A stretch of DNA of 64,000 bases from positions 96,001 through 160,000 of the forward strand of contig JBNGBT010000002.1 of assembly GCA_049903315.1 (NCBI GenBank). The letters are read 5' to 3'. The translations under genes were made by a program, and so were the position numbers. The notes under the pieces were generated by a model. The model was not told the origin of the DNA, made no database searches, and worked only from the letters and a program-made list of their open reading frames with translations. Source of the DNA: Candidatus Cloacimonadota bacterium. GTDB taxonomy: Bacteria > Cloacimonadota > Cloacimonadia > JGIOTU-2. Shown one piece after another: positions 10,048 through 20,778 of this stretch. Each line of letters begins with the position of its first letter. Within the stretch, counting starts at the first letter, position 1.

Positions 10048-11501
10048 AAGAATATGTAGAAAAAATACTGCATTATACTGCAGGAAATCTATTGCAGAAA
10101 GTAATACTTTTGGTGCTTCTGCCGGTATTTACGCACTTTCTTGTCCCCCAGGAATATGCGGTGTACACAAATCTGGTAGTATTCATTTCTTTTGCCAGCT
10201 TGCTCTATTTTCTCGGGTTTCAGCAGACACTCTTTTCATATTTTTATCAAGAGAAAACTCCTGAATACCATTTTACCTTGATCAGTTCAATTTTTATAGT
10301 CATCATCGCTTTTGGTATTGTGCTATCACTTATCATCATCGGATTCCGAGTTGAACTTTCACAAATCATTCTTCGCACAACAGAATTTGCACACATCATG
10401 GTATGGGTAAGTGTTATATTATTCTTTGAGGTTATTTATGGGATGGTGCTCAGCGTTCTTAATATGATGGAGCTGTCAAAACAATATATTCTTGTCGGAA
10501 ATTTTAAACATATTCTGCTTTTTATTTTATTGGTTGGCGCAGCAATTGTATCTAAGTTTTCTTTGGAAACAATATTTATCTTGATGACTATCTCATCCGG
10601 ACTGGCTGCACTTGTTGCGGTTGCTGTGATGGGTTCAATTATGCAGAAGTTTGCTCAGCACATTGAGCGGAAGAAAATATTTTCGATCTCAGTCGTAAAA
10701 AAAATGCTCGCGTTCGGACTTGTCATGATACCTGGAACATTTGCAATGCTTATTCTGAAAGTATCCGATCGATATATGCTGACCTATCTTTCTGCACGAT
10801 CATTATACGATGTAGGAATCTATGCAATTGGGTATCGTGTCGGAATGATCATTACGTTTTTAAATTCAATTGTGAGTCTGGTATATTTCCCTTATGCAAT
10901 GAGAGTTGCTGATGTATCACATGCAAAGAAATCCTTTAAAAAAGTATTCAATGCATACGTAATATTTGGAGGAATACTGGGATTTTTTGTGATACTTTTC
11001 TCCCCGGAAATATTTAAGATTTTCATCAATAAATCATATCATGAAGCGGTTAAGATCGTATTTTTCGGAGTAATCTCTAATTATTTATATGGAATTTTTA
11101 ATATAATCAATCTGAGTTTTTATGTGAAAAAACGAGCTGGTAATATTGCGCTTGCAGTTGGTCTGGGAGCGATTCTTAATATCGTATTGAATTTTATATT
11201 GATTCCCAAATATGGAATTTATGGGGCAGGTATTGCTTCAATTCTTGCTTTCGGGCTCATTGTGGTTTTCAATTTCATTATCGCAGAAAAAACGTATCCA
11301 GTCGGATATAATTTTTTCTTTGTACTGATTCCTATCATCATTCTTGTACTGGTCGCAGCGGTTCCTTATTATGTTCAATATGAATTATACCAAACTTTTG
11401 TTAAGATAGCTTTATTATGTATTATGAGTATCTTTGCTTATTCACATTTCAAACGAACCGGAAAATTGTCCCAACTCCTTCATCAGTCGGAATCTGAATA
11501 A
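10044..11501 (+). CDS. Wzx-type oligosaccharide flippase (MOP family)
   Basis: Many TM segments, SDRYML, VGIYAIG, LNFILIPKYGIYGA motifs. Confidence 0.88.
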   Translation: MKEYVEKILHYTAGNLLQKVILLVLLPVFTHFLVPQEYAVYTNLVVFISFASLLYFLGFQQTLFSYFYQEKTPEYHFTLISSIFIVIIAFGIVLSLIIIGFRVELSQIILRTTEFAHIMVWVSVILFFEVIYGMVLSVLNMMELSKQYILVGNFKHILLFILLVGAAIVSKFSLETIFILMTISSGLAALVAVAVMGSIMQKFAQHIERKKIFSISVVKKMLAFGLVMIPGTFAMLILKVSDRYMLTYLSARSLYDVGIYAIGYRVGMIITFLNSIVSLVYFPYAMRVADVSHAKKSFKKVFNAYVIFGGILGFFVILFSPEIFKIFINKSYHEAVKIVFFGVISNYLYGIFNIINLSFYVKKRAGNIALAVGLGAILNIVLNFILIPKYGIYGAGIASILAFGLIVVFNFIIAEKTYPVGYNFFFVLIPIIILVLVAAVPYYVQYELYQTFVKIALLCIMSIFAYSHFKRTGKLSQLLHQSESE

Positions 11502-12784
11502 TGAAAAACTTGCTTTTCATCTCATATTTCTTCCCTCCGCTGGGCGGTCCCGGGGTGCAACGCTCGGTAAAATTCTGCAAATACCTTCCCGAATTTAGGT
11601 GGAATCCGATTGTGTTGACTGTGAAAGATATTGCTTACATTGCGTATGACAAAACTCTTGAATTTGATGTTTCAGCATTAGAAGTGCATCGTACTGGTTC
11701 AGCAGATATTATGCGATTACTCTATAAAATTGAGAAAGCAAAATCCTCGAGTGTTGATCAAGCGCTCTACACTAAAACGCCAAACCAGAGAAAGCAATTT
11801 TTTCGTGATATATTTCCAATTGATTCGAAAATAGGATGGATCCCTTTTGCGGTTCATGAGGGTAGGAAAATATGCAGAACTCAGAAGATTGATGCGATTT
11901 ATTCTTCTGTCGGACCATTTTCTTCAGCAATGGTCGGTTATAAATTATCAAAGATATTCAACATTCCCCTTATTGTAGATTATAGAGACCTTTTTAGAGG
12001 AAAGCCCGATGAAAGCTACTTTTCCTCCTTCCATGAAAGATATGCATACAAATGGGAGAAAAAAGTGCTCGAAAGAGCGAGTGCTGTCATTATCAACACT
12101 CATCGTGCTCAAGAAAAAATACAGCACATATTTCCTCAAATCGTTAAGCAGAAATTCTCAGTTATCTATAACGGATATGACGAGGAAGATTTTAAAATTA
12201 ATCATAGAATCGACTCTTCCGAAATAATCTTCACATACACAGGGGGATTTTATGGAGAGCGGACACCAAAATATTTTTTGCAAGCAATAGTAGAATTGAA
12301 GGATTCACGGCAACTTCCAGAAAATGTAAAATTTCAATTTGTAGGTAATATTCCTGAGCAAATCCGCAGATTGTTTCATAGATCAGGCATTTTGAAGTAT
12401 GTAATACTTAAGCAACAGGTTTCGCACATAGAATCAGTAAAATGCCTTATACAGAGTGATTTTCTGATGCTGTTTATTGCAAAACGAGATGGTGAAATAG
12501 TAATTCCTGCGAAGCTTTTTGAATATCTTGCAGCTCGCAAACCAATCCTGGCGATGATTCCGAAACATGGCGAAGCCGGACAAATAATCGAGAAATTCTC
12601 CGCAGGTTTGATATGTGAACCTGATGATATTCACAAAATCAAAGAATATATACTTGAAATGATAAAATACAAACAGCTTGGGATCACAAATGAAGTTTTT
12701 CCAATAAAAAAAAATAATTATTCGCCTTACGAGCGCAGGAATTTGACGAAAAAGCTTGTAAACGGTCTGCACAAATTAGTATGA
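11501..12784 (+). CDS. Glycosyltransferase family 4
   Basis: ISYFFPPLGGPGVQR N-terminus, IYNGYD, PAKLFEYLA. Confidence 0.88.
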   Translation: MKNLLFISYFFPPLGGPGVQRSVKFCKYLPEFRWNPIVLTVKDIAYIAYDKTLEFDVSALEVHRTGSADIMRLLYKIEKAKSSSVDQALYTKTPNQRKQFFRDIFPIDSKIGWIPFAVHEGRKICRTQKIDAIYSSVGPFSSAMVGYKLSKIFNIPLIVDYRDLFRGKPDESYFSSFHERYAYKWEKKVLERASAVIINTHRAQEKIQHIFPQIVKQKFSVIYNGYDEEDFKINHRIDSSEIIFTYTGGFYGERTPKYFLQAIVELKDSRQLPENVKFQFVGNIPEQIRRLFHRSGILKYVILKQQVSHIESVKCLIQSDFLMLFIAKRDGEIVIPAKLFEYLAARKPILAMIPKHGEAGQIIEKFSAGLICEPDDIHKIKEYILEMIKYKQLGITNEVFPIKKNNYSPYERRNLTKKLVNGLHKLV

Positions 12785-13914
12785 GAAAAAAAAAGATCTG
12801 TCACGTTCAATTGTTACCACTACTGTCAGGCGTTCAGAATATGATGATCAGTCTACTGGACCATCTTGATAGAAATAAATATGATATTACTGTCGTTTCT
12901 GCCCCGGATGGACCAATGATTACTAGTTTGCAAGAGATGGGCATCAGGCATGTTGCTTTTCCGAAACTAATTCAGAAAATAAATTTTTATGACATGCTTA
13001 TATTCATTCAATTCTATAAATTTTTCAGAAGAGAGCGATTTGATATAGTGCACACCCACTCATCAAAAACCGGTTTTATGGGACGTATTGCTGCAAAGCT
13101 AGCAGGTGTCAAAATCGTTATCCATACAATACATGGATTTCCTTTTCATCCGTACCAATCAGAAATTATAAGAAATTTTTATCAAAACCTGGAAAGGATC
13201 GCTGGTTTTTTCTGCGATAAAGCAGTGTCTGTAAATTCATTTGAAAGGGAACTCGCAATCCAAAAACATCTTATTAATAAAAGAAAAATAGTTTCGATCT
13301 ACAATGGAATTCAAGATTTAGTATCACAAAATCCAATTCGGCGAAAGGAATTAGGAGTCGATAAGAACATGATAATTGTAGGCTCAGTAAGCAGGTTTTC
13401 CGAACAAAAAAATATTATAAATCTGATAAAAGTCGCGATCAATATTGTTAAAGTCGAGCAGAATATCACATGTATCTTCATCGGAGATGGAGAATATTTC
13501 AACCATGCATTGCAGCTTGTGAAATCAGCTGGAGCAGAACGTAATATCCTATTAGTAGGCTGGAAATCAAATGTCCCGGATTGGTATGAACTCTTCGATA
13601 TAGTTGTCCTCTACTCAAAATGGGAAGGACTTTCCTTGACGATTCTCGAAGCGATGAGCATGAAGAAACCTGTTATTGCATCAGATATAAAAGGGAATAA
13701 TGAATTGATAATTGATGGGGAAAATGGGTATCTAGTAAAAATAGATGACCATAAAGATTTGACAAAAAAAATTCTCTCCTTATCAAAAGACTCGCTGAAG
13801 CAAAAAAAATTCGGAGAAGCGGGTTATAAGATATTTTTAGAAAATTATACGATTGATAGGTTCGTGGGATCCTATAAAGAACTATATCAAAAATTAATTA
13901 AAAAAAAGTTATGA
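12781..13914 (+). CDS. Glycosyltransferase family 4
   Basis: HTHSSK, HTIHG, IYNGI, SKWEGLSLTILEAM. Confidence 0.92.
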   Translation: MRKKKICHVQLLPLLSGVQNMMISLLDHLDRNKYDITVVSAPDGPMITSLQEMGIRHVAFPKLIQKINFYDMLIFIQFYKFFRRERFDIVHTHSSKTGFMGRIAAKLAGVKIVIHTIHGFPFHPYQSEIIRNFYQNLERIAGFFCDKAVSVNSFERELAIQKHLINKRKIVSIYNGIQDLVSQNPIRRKELGVDKNMIIVGSVSRFSEQKNIINLIKVAINIVKVEQNITCIFIGDGEYFNHALQLVKSAGAERNILLVGWKSNVPDWYELFDIVVLYSKWEGLSLTILEAMSMKKPVIASDIKGNNELIIDGENGYLVKIDDHKDLTKKILSLSKDSLKQKKFGEAGYKIFLENYTIDRFVGSYKELYQKLIKKKL

Positions 13915-14945
13915 TTAATATATATATTGCGCTTGGATCAATGCTGCTTGTGTGTCTTCTGGTGCCAGCGAACATCTGGCTGTCTAAGAAATGCGGAAAT
14001 GTTGATCATCCAAGGGATAGAAGTATCCATGAAATGCCCACTCCCAACAGCGGAGGGATAGCTTTATTTCTCGCTATCGTTATCACCCAAGTTATTTTGA
14101 TAGTACTCCGGTACCAGGAAGCAAATAACCTGCTATACGGTTTGCTGTTAGGCGGCTTTCTCATTGTTGTTCTTGGTCTTCTTGATGATATTTACAATCT
14201 TCCTGCGTGGTTAAAAGTACTGGTGGAGATAGGCATAGCTCTTCTTATGATATCTTTCAACTTTAAGATTGACCTGCTTACCAATCCTTTTGGCAACCCA
14301 ATCCAGACAGGTGCTTTTTCCTATCCTTTAACAATTTGCTGGTTTCTTCTTGTCATAAATGCAATAAACTTAATTGATGGTCTTGATGGGCTTGCTGCTG
14401 GAATTATTGGGATCGTGTCTCTCATTTTAGGTATTGCAAGCTGGAGTACAGGAAATTATTTTATTACTCTTTTCAATTTTTCCATTTTAGGGAGTTGCAT
14501 TGGATTTTTAAGATTCAATTTTCATCCTGCAAAGATATTTCTCGGTGATGCGGGCGCTCTATTTTTGGGCTTTTGCATAGCAGCCCTGTCAATTGCGGGG
14601 AATGCTCAATACAAAGGAGCGACAGCTCTCACAATGCTTGTTCCGATAATTGTACTTTCTGTTCCACTCCTTGATACGGTGTTTACAATATTAAGGCGGA
14701 TCAAATCGACCAAGCATATTTTCCGGGCGGATAAAAACCATCTTCATCATAAGCTTCTTGAGATAGGATTGAGTTATAAAACTGTTGTGTTAATTGGATA
14801 TTTTATTACACTCCTGTTCGGGCTTATCTCTCTTGGTTTCCTATTAGTTGACAGGAAAATCCTCCTCAGTCTGTTGCTTGGTATGGGTATTTTAATATTC
14901 ATAATTTTTTATAATATAATAAAAAGCGAGTTTATAAAAAAATGA
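13911..14945 (+). CDS. wecA: Undecaprenyl-phosphate GlcNAc-1-phosphate transferase (WecA/TagO, MraY family)
   Basis: GLLDD, NAINLIDGLDGLA, FNFHPAKIFLGDAG, DKNHLHH. Confidence 0.9.
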   Translation: MINIYIALGSMLLVCLLVPANIWLSKKCGNVDHPRDRSIHEMPTPNSGGIALFLAIVITQVILIVLRYQEANNLLYGLLLGGFLIVVLGLLDDIYNLPAWLKVLVEIGIALLMISFNFKIDLLTNPFGNPIQTGAFSYPLTICWFLLVINAINLIDGLDGLAAGIIGIVSLILGIASWSTGNYFITLFNFSILGSCIGFLRFNFHPAKIFLGDAGALFLGFCIAALSIAGNAQYKGATALTMLVPIIVLSVPLLDTVFTILRRIKSTKHIFRADKNHLHHKLLEIGLSYKTVVLIGYFITLLFGLISLGFLLVDRKILLSLLLGMGILIFIIFYNIIKSEFIKK

Positions 14946-17404
14946 AAAAAACAACCTTAATCATCGGTTTGTTATGCTTGGTTTCTTCCTTCGCCCTTGC
15001 TTACGAAGCGGAGGACATCTCACTTGCCAACTGGAAAGTTTTTACTAATACCACATATATACATCAGCTGATCTGCAATGGAGATTCAGTGGTTTCGGCT
15101 TCATGGGGAGGAGTAAGCATTTATGACACACAGCACGGCACATTTACGCCAATCACAAAAGGTGATGGGCTTGCAAAAAATGAGTTGTGGTCTGTACATT
15201 ACATTCCCGCGATCAATGAATACTGGTTTGGCACATTTACGCAGGGGATAATGCGTATGCAGGATGGAGAGCTGCTCAAACCATATCAGGCAAATCAAGG
15301 AATAGACGGCTATTTTATATATGATATTGATGATAATGATGAGTATATTTTTGTTGCATCTGAAAACGGGCTTTCTATGTTTGAGATCCTTTTAGGCGGC
15401 AAGCCAATATTTAAAAAAACTTTCATTGCACCGCGATGGATTTCCAACAACAAAGTGAATAGCATTGCGATTGATGATAACGATCGGATCTGGATTGCAA
15501 CAGATGCAGGAATTGATTATACTGATATAGTATATGATGAGATGATATTGAGTGAGAATTGGCATCATATCTCAACATCTACACCCGGCTATCCACTTTC
15601 CGGTGATAAGATAACAACGATAGCTTATCAAAATTCCAGGATATATTTTGGAACAGAGAATGGCTTTGCTTACATTAAAGATATCTATGCAGATACATTT
15701 GAATATAAGGCATTCAATGTGAGCCTTCCAAGCTCTTACATTCAGGATATTCAGCCTGTATCAGATTCCTTATTTCTTGTGGCTTTTGGCCGGTTTGATG
15801 ATGATGAACAGGCGATCCTCAACGCTGCTGGAGTTAGTCAATATTCATATAGTGGAACTCAATGGACAGCACAGCACTGGGATGAAGACAGTGATTTTGT
15901 CGATCAAGTATCTGATATTACGCTTGACGAGGAACAAACCATATGGGTTTCAACTTGGGGAAATGATCTCTACAGAAAAGTGCTTCAGGACAATGAATGG
16001 CAGAATGTCAAACGCAATTGCCTTGGTTTCAATTTTGCTTCCTATGCTTTCATTGATTACGAACAAAGGTTATGGGTAGCGAGTGGTATTATAGGATTTG
16101 GTGCGCGTCAGGGAGTGAAAGGAATTTCTGTATTCTCTGAAAATGTATGGACAACATACGATATTGATAACAGCAAACTCGTTGGCAATAAATCATTTCG
16201 GATTACACAGGATCTCGAGAATAGAATTTGGATTGGTGACTGGAATAAGGGCATTACACGTATCTCTGATTATGGAGAAGAAACTGAGCTTTGGCAAACC
16301 ATCACAAACAGCCCAACATGTGATGTGCCCGGCATAATCGAGGAGAATACTACTTCATTCTTGCAGAGGGACGAGTATGGTAATATGTGGATTGGGGACT
16401 ATAATAGAAGTATTAAAATTGTTGTGAATGATGACAGCGTCTATAGCTTTGAAGCATTTATTCCTTCTTCACACCCCAGCCACAAGCAAGATCCGATCTC
16501 AATCCTGTTCCTTCCGTATAATCAAGTATGGTTTGGTGCATACTTCAGTGGAATGCGATACTGGAATGGTACTGTTTTTCCTGAAACTCAAGATATTTTT
16601 TTCCCTGAAGGTAATCCTTCTTTCTCCGGTCCTATTCTCAGTATAGCATATCAGGACTCTGATGAAGGGCGTTACCTCTGGGCTTGCGGTGTCGATGGAT
16701 TGTATATGTATGATTTTTACTGGCAGCAGTGGTTCCGCTACACGAACGGGCTTGTCGAAGATGTAAAAATGTATCGCTGGAATGGCATCGAGTGGGAAAA
16801 TTACGACTATTACTGGTATGATGAAGAGGGCAATCCTGAGTCACGAATGGGTGCAGGGAAATCGAGTCAGATCAATCAGGTATATGTGGATCAACACGGG
16901 CGCAAATGGATTGCGACTAATGGTGGAGGGATCTCGATGCTCGATGAAGAAAATTACACATTTACAAACTTTACCACCGAAAATTCATCACTTCCAAGTG
17001 ATGTGGTACTCTCATTTGCTCATGATATCTATACTGGTGAACTCTACGTTGGTACTGCTGAGGGGATGTGTGTATTTAACATTGGCGCTCAAATCAATAA
17101 CGGACAAGGAACTGGTAGCATCAAAGATGTGGTTATTTATCCAAATCCCTTCAAGCCGAACGAGCATTCATATATTTATTTTGAATCCAGCCCATACACA
17201 AAACTCCCGACCGGCGAAAATATGCTCTACGTGTACAATCTCGCAGGTGAACTTGTTGTAGAAATTGAGGAATCAGATCATTTCAGATTTTTCTGGGATG
17301 GGAAGAACAATGGGAAAGAAGTTGCTAGCGGAATATATTTCTACGTGCTCTCATCAAAATCTGGAAAAACCTATTTAAACGGAAAATTTGCAATAATCCG
17401 TTAA
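14942..17404 (+). CDS. Secreted beta-propeller protein with FlgD-Ig/T9SS-like C-terminus (PorZ-like)
   Basis: Signal peptide, repeated D..GR.WIAT..GG/L.S propeller blades, C-terminus YPNPFKP..YNLAGELV..WDGK..SGIYFY..GKFAIIR. Confidence 0.7.
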   Translation: MKKTTLIIGLLCLVSSFALAYEAEDISLANWKVFTNTTYIHQLICNGDSVVSASWGGVSIYDTQHGTFTPITKGDGLAKNELWSVHYIPAINEYWFGTFTQGIMRMQDGELLKPYQANQGIDGYFIYDIDDNDEYIFVASENGLSMFEILLGGKPIFKKTFIAPRWISNNKVNSIAIDDNDRIWIATDAGIDYTDIVYDEMILSENWHHISTSTPGYPLSGDKITTIAYQNSRIYFGTENGFAYIKDIYADTFEYKAFNVSLPSSYIQDIQPVSDSLFLVAFGRFDDDEQAILNAAGVSQYSYSGTQWTAQHWDEDSDFVDQVSDITLDEEQTIWVSTWGNDLYRKVLQDNEWQNVKRNCLGFNFASYAFIDYEQRLWVASGIIGFGARQGVKGISVFSENVWTTYDIDNSKLVGNKSFRITQDLENRIWIGDWNKGITRISDYGEETELWQTITNSPTCDVPGIIEENTTSFLQRDEYGNMWIGDYNRSIKIVVNDDSVYSFEAFIPSSHPSHKQDPISILFLPYNQVWFGAYFSGMRYWNGTVFPETQDIFFPEGNPSFSGPILSIAYQDSDEGRYLWACGVDGLYMYDFYWQQWFRYTNGLVEDVKMYRWNGIEWENYDYYWYDEEGNPESRMGAGKSSQINQVYVDQHGRKWIATNGGGISMLDEENYTFTNFTTENSSLPSDVVLSFAHDIYTGELYVGTAEGMCVFNIGAQINNGQGTGSIKDVVIYPNPFKPNEHSYIYFESSPYTKLPTGENMLYVYNLAGELVVEIEESDHFRFFWDGKNNGKEVASGIYFYVLSSKSGKTYLNGKFAIIR

Positions 17405-17422
17405 CGTGCAATTGGAGTAAAA

Positions 17423-19495
17423 GTGGCTTTCCAGTTGTTCGATAATATACAGTTTGTTCCGGGAGTTGGACCAAAAAGAGCAAAACTTTTTAATAAATTA
17501 GGCATCAAAACTGTGAGGGATCTGCTCTTTTACTTTCCGAGAGATTATCTCAGTAAAATTTCTGACAAGCGTATCGCCGACCTCAAGATAAACGATATGG
17601 CAAGTGTAAAAGGGCGTATAACCGGCTTTGACACAAGAGGGAACCGATTTCAAAAGCAACAATTCCGGGTATTTATTTCTGACGGCACAGGTTATATTAC
17701 CCTGATGTGGTTCAGACCTACTCCCTGGCTTATCAAACAATTTGAAGTTGGAAAAGAAATTATAGTTCTTGGGAGAATTCAGTACTATTACAACAAGTTA
17801 TGTGTGATCCACCCTGACTTTGAGATCATTCAGGAAAAAGAAAAGAAAAGCTTCTGGGTCGAGCAGGATATTCTCCCTTTGTACACTCTCACTGAAGGGA
17901 TCTCGAATAAAGTAATACGGAAAATCGTTAGAAATGTAGTATCCGAGAACCTTTTCCTAGACGAAACCCTACCCGAATATATCCGACAAGAGAAGCAGCT
18001 TATACCCTTGAACGATGCCCTTCATAAAATTCACATTCCGGATTCTGATGAAGATATTGCAGTTTCCCGAAAACGATTTGTATTTGAGGAATTATTTTTT
18101 CTGGAGCTGATGCTTGCGCGAAAGAAAGTGAACTGGCATAAAGCTCCGGGCTGTTCCATGGAGTTGAAAAAAACATACACCACTAAGCTGAGAAAGGCAC
18201 TTCCGTTTACGCTCACGGATGCTCAAAAGCGTGTGCTCAATGAGATCGTGGAAGACATGAAATCACCTCACCAGATGAACAGACTCCTGCAGGGAGACGT
18301 GGGTTCCGGTAAAACAATTATTTCCATTTTTGCAATGCTGCTTGCAATTGAGAACGGTTTCCAGGCAGCGATCATGGCGCCTACAGAAATACTTGCTACT
18401 CAGCATTATTTCTCATTAAAGGGATTTCTTGAGAATTTCGGTTTACGAGTCGAACTTTTACTCGGAGGAGTATATGCGGGAAAGCAGGACATCAAAGCTG
18501 CAATAGAAAGCGGCGAGGTCAACATTGTCATCGGCACACACTCGCTTATTCAGAAGGATGTGAATTTCCAAAAACTTGGGATGATCGTGATTGATGAACA
18601 GCATCGATTCGGAGTCATGCAGCGCCTTTCACTTACTCAGAAAGGACAAACACCTGATAAATTGATCATGAGTGCAACACCGATTCCCCGCTCTCTTGCA
18701 CTTACAGTATATGGAGATCTAGATGTGAGTGTGATCGATGAACTTCCACCTTTTAAAAAGGAAATCTATACAAATTGGATTTCTTCAAACAAAAAAGCAC
18801 AAGTGTATGATTTTATCACAAAACAACTCAATATGGGACGTCAGGTGTATATTGTGTGCCCGCTTGTAGAAGAATCTGAGAAATCAGATCTCAGGGATGC
18901 GACTAATACCTACAAAGAACTGCAAAGTACTGTCTTTAAAAAGTACAATGTTGGGCTTCTTCACGGCAGGATGTCCAACCAGGAAAAAGACGAGATCATG
19001 CATGATTTCAAAGAACATAAAATAGACGTTCTGGTCTCTACCACTGTTATCGAAGTCGGTATTGATGTGCCGAATGCGACTATTATGATGATCGAGCATG
19101 CTGAGCGTTTCGGGCTGTCGCAACTTCATCAGCTTCGAGGGCGCGTAGGGAGGGGTGCTCATAAATCATATTGTGTGCTTGTGGCATACGAACCGATCAG
19201 CGAAGAAGCATTGACACGTCTCAACACAATGAAAGAAACGAATGATGGATTCCGAATTTCAGAGGTAGATCTTGAATTGCGTGGACCGGGTGAATTTTTC
19301 GGTACAAAGCAGTCAGGTTTGCCTGTATTTCGCATTGCAAATATAGTTCGTGACAGATCAGTTCTTGAAGAAGCGAGAAAGCTGGCTTTCGAAATTATCC
19401 AGAATGATTACACTCTTGATGATGTGAGAAATCGGGAATTGAAAGAAAAGTATACGAAGTATTATTTAAAAAGGGAGAAGTTGTTTAGTTATTAA
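17423..19495 (+). CDS. recG: ATP-dependent DNA helicase RecG
   Basis: GVGPKRA, RLLQGDVGSGKT, DEQHRFG, SATPIPRSL, QLHQLRGRVGRG; GTG start with GGAG RBS. Confidence 0.97.
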   Translation: MAFQLFDNIQFVPGVGPKRAKLFNKLGIKTVRDLLFYFPRDYLSKISDKRIADLKINDMASVKGRITGFDTRGNRFQKQQFRVFISDGTGYITLMWFRPTPWLIKQFEVGKEIIVLGRIQYYYNKLCVIHPDFEIIQEKEKKSFWVEQDILPLYTLTEGISNKVIRKIVRNVVSENLFLDETLPEYIRQEKQLIPLNDALHKIHIPDSDEDIAVSRKRFVFEELFFLELMLARKKVNWHKAPGCSMELKKTYTTKLRKALPFTLTDAQKRVLNEIVEDMKSPHQMNRLLQGDVGSGKTIISIFAMLLAIENGFQAAIMAPTEILATQHYFSLKGFLENFGLRVELLLGGVYAGKQDIKAAIESGEVNIVIGTHSLIQKDVNFQKLGMIVIDEQHRFGVMQRLSLTQKGQTPDKLIMSATPIPRSLALTVYGDLDVSVIDELPPFKKEIYTNWISSNKKAQVYDFITKQLNMGRQVYIVCPLVEESEKSDLRDATNTYKELQSTVFKKYNVGLLHGRMSNQEKDEIMHDFKEHKIDVLVSTTVIEVGIDVPNATIMMIEHAERFGLSQLHQLRGRVGRGAHKSYCVLVAYEPISEEALTRLNTMKETNDGFRISEVDLELRGPGEFFGTKQSGLPVFRIANIVRDRSVLEEARKLAFEIIQNDYTLDDVRNRELKEKYTKYYLKREKLFSY

Positions 19496-19535
19496 GCGTT
19501 GAATTGATTAATTACTTTGATAAAAAATTAATAAC

Positions 19536-20777
19536 CTATTCTTTCTTGGTTGATTTCAATATAGTTGTAACAAAATTCTCTTTATCAAATATTCTATGAG
19601 CAACCCGTTGAATGTCTTCGGGAGTAATTTTCTCTATCTGCGCAATCACCTGATCTATTGTATTGATCTTTTTATTATATATGTACTGCTTTGCAAGACG
19701 ATTCATACGCGCAGAGGTGCTCTCAAGTCCGATCAAAATGCTTGATTTAAGCAATGCTTTTGTGCGTTCGAGCTCTAAGTCTTCGACGGGTTTCTCACGA
19801 AAAGTTTGTATTTCTTTATTGATCAATTCAATACTTTTCTTGCTGTTTTTAGGATTGGTGGCAGCATACACGCCTATACATCCAGTATCATGAAAAAAGT
19901 CTGCAAATGAACCAATATCATAAGAAATTCCATGCTTTTCCCGGATATTTTGAAAGAGGCGCGAACTCATTCCGCCTGAGAGGATTGCATTAAGCGTGAG
20001 AAGTATATATCGATCCTTGTCTGTATAAGGGAAAGTGCGTGTGCCAATACATGCATGTGACTGATGATTTGCATTTTTTGTATAAATATTTTTATATTTC
20101 TTTATTGATTCTAGGGGGCTCAAGATTCGTTTCGATGCAGTGGATGGCTTATCAAAGTTAAAATATTTTTCCGCAAAACGCACCAGCTTTTGATGGTCAA
20201 TATACCCTGATACTGAAATAATAATTCGCTCTGATTTATAATTTTTGGACATGAAAGAAGTGCAGGTAGATTTTTCAAAATTAGTTACTTCATCTTTGTA
20301 ACCTACGATCGGGTAACCAAGTGAGTTTTCCGGGAACATATTCTCATAAAAATAATCGAAGATCAGATCTCCGGGTGTATCTTGAATATCATTAATCTCA
20401 TCTATAACGACTTCCTTTTCTTTTTGCAATTCATTATCAGGAAAAGTGGAGTGGAGAAGCAGGTCCGAAATGAGGTCAATACTTTGCTCAAGATATTCTT
20501 CCAGGCATCGTGCATAGATACATGTATATTCTTTGCTTGTAAATGCATTTATTGATCCGCCGAGAGATTCCAGATAATTAGCAATCTCAGTTTTCGAGCG
20601 GGATTCTGTACCCTTAAACAGCATATGCTCAAGAAAATGAGCAATACCTCGATTATGTGCCACTTCATCACGTGACCCGGCATTGATCCATACACCGATA
20701 GAAATTGAGCGCACATGCTCGATATGTTCCGAAAGCACAGTTATACCATTATCCAAAATCGTTTTTTTATAACTCAT
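19536..20777 (-). CDS. M16 family zinc peptidase
   Basis: GIAHFLEHMLFKGT (HxxEH), NAFTS, SSRLFQNIREK. Confidence 0.93.
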   Translation of the reverse strand: MSYKKTILDNGITVLSEHIEHVRSISIGVWINAGSRDEVAHNRGIAHFLEHMLFKGTESRSKTEIANYLESLGGSINAFTSKEYTCIYARCLEEYLEQSIDLISDLLLHSTFPDNELQKEKEVVIDEINDIQDTPGDLIFDYFYENMFPENSLGYPIVGYKDEVTNFEKSTCTSFMSKNYKSERIIISVSGYIDHQKLVRFAEKYFNFDKPSTASKRILSPLESIKKYKNIYTKNANHQSHACIGTRTFPYTDKDRYILLTLNAILSGGMSSRLFQNIREKHGISYDIGSFADFFHDTGCIGVYAATNPKNSKKSIELINKEIQTFREKPVEDLELERTKALLKSSILIGLESTSARMNRLAKQYIYNKKINTIDQVIAQIEKITPEDIQRVAHRIFDKENFVTTILKSTKKE

Positions 20778-20778
20778 T

